Assembly: GCA_002269645.1 (NCBI GenBank)
Contig: NIVC01001224.1
Location: 16,932-80,931 of the forward strand
Source of the DNA: Macrostomum lignano
Taxonomy: Eukaryota
Direction: 5' to 3'
DNA length: 64,000 bases
Shown piece by piece: positions 63,718-64,000 of this stretch. The notes beneath the pieces are model-generated. The model was given only the letters and a program-made list of their open reading frames with translations. It did no database searches and had not been told where the DNA came from. The position numbers and the translations under genes were made by a program. How positions within the stretch are numbered: the first letter of the stretch is position 1; the number at the start of each line of letters is the position of its first letter.

Positions 63718-64000
63718 TTTGGCGCTGGCGCCAATCCGGTGCTGGCGCCGTATTGGTGCTAGCGCCGCTTTAGTGTTAGCGCCATATTCGTGCTGGCGCC
63801 GCTTTAGTGTTAGCGCCGTATTCGTGCTGGCGCCGCTTTGGTGCTGGCGCCGCTTTGGTGCTGGCGCCGTATTGGTGCTGGCGCTGCTTTAGTGTTAGCG
63901 CCGTATTCGTGCTGGCGCCGCTTTGGTGCTGGCGCCGCTTTGGTGCTGACGCCGTATTGGTGCTGGCGCTGCTTAGTGTTAGCGCCGTATTCGTGCTGCC
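63718..64000. repeat. 17-bp GC-rich tandem repeat running off the window
   Basis: Unit gtgctggcgccgctttg / gtgctggcgccgtattg. Confidence 0.92.

Overview
Eukaryotic (invertebrate metazoan) genomic DNA with GC-rich coding exons, AT-rich intergenic DNA and about 25 unrelated minisatellite arrays, mostly intronic. This style suggests a free-living flatworm such as Macrostomum (inference only). Plus-strand genes: the 3' part of a Src/Frk-type tyrosine kinase (105-1707), a GAPR-1/GLIPR2-like CAP protein (5623-6364), an intronless and very basic ependymin-related secreted protein (9779-10447), a SARA/endofin (ZFYVE9/16) homolog with a ~1 kb coding minisatellite (18522-25934), OSTC (29271-33809) and a neurocalcin/hippocalcin (37931-40184). 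The right quarter holds the main novelty on the minus strand: a 16-exon, >2700-aa class C GPCR. It has at least FIVE tandem, mutually divergent Venus-flytrap (ANF-receptor) modules joined by short 3-Cys linkers ahead of one 7TM domain; its N-terminus lies beyond the window, and it carries two 1-nt homopolymer frameshifts. Mobile DNA: a 3.2 kb CMC/CACTA-like element with 27-bp TIRs, a 688-bp fold-back MITE with an 8-bp TSD, three copies of a tRNA-headed CORE(MIR)-like SINE and a decayed mariner transposase fragment. There is also an interstitial telomere-like array with an 18-bp higher-order unit and a 73-nt near-perfect hairpin. Exon boundaries were read by hand from GT/AG sites with phase checks; family calls rest on recalled motifs, not database searches.
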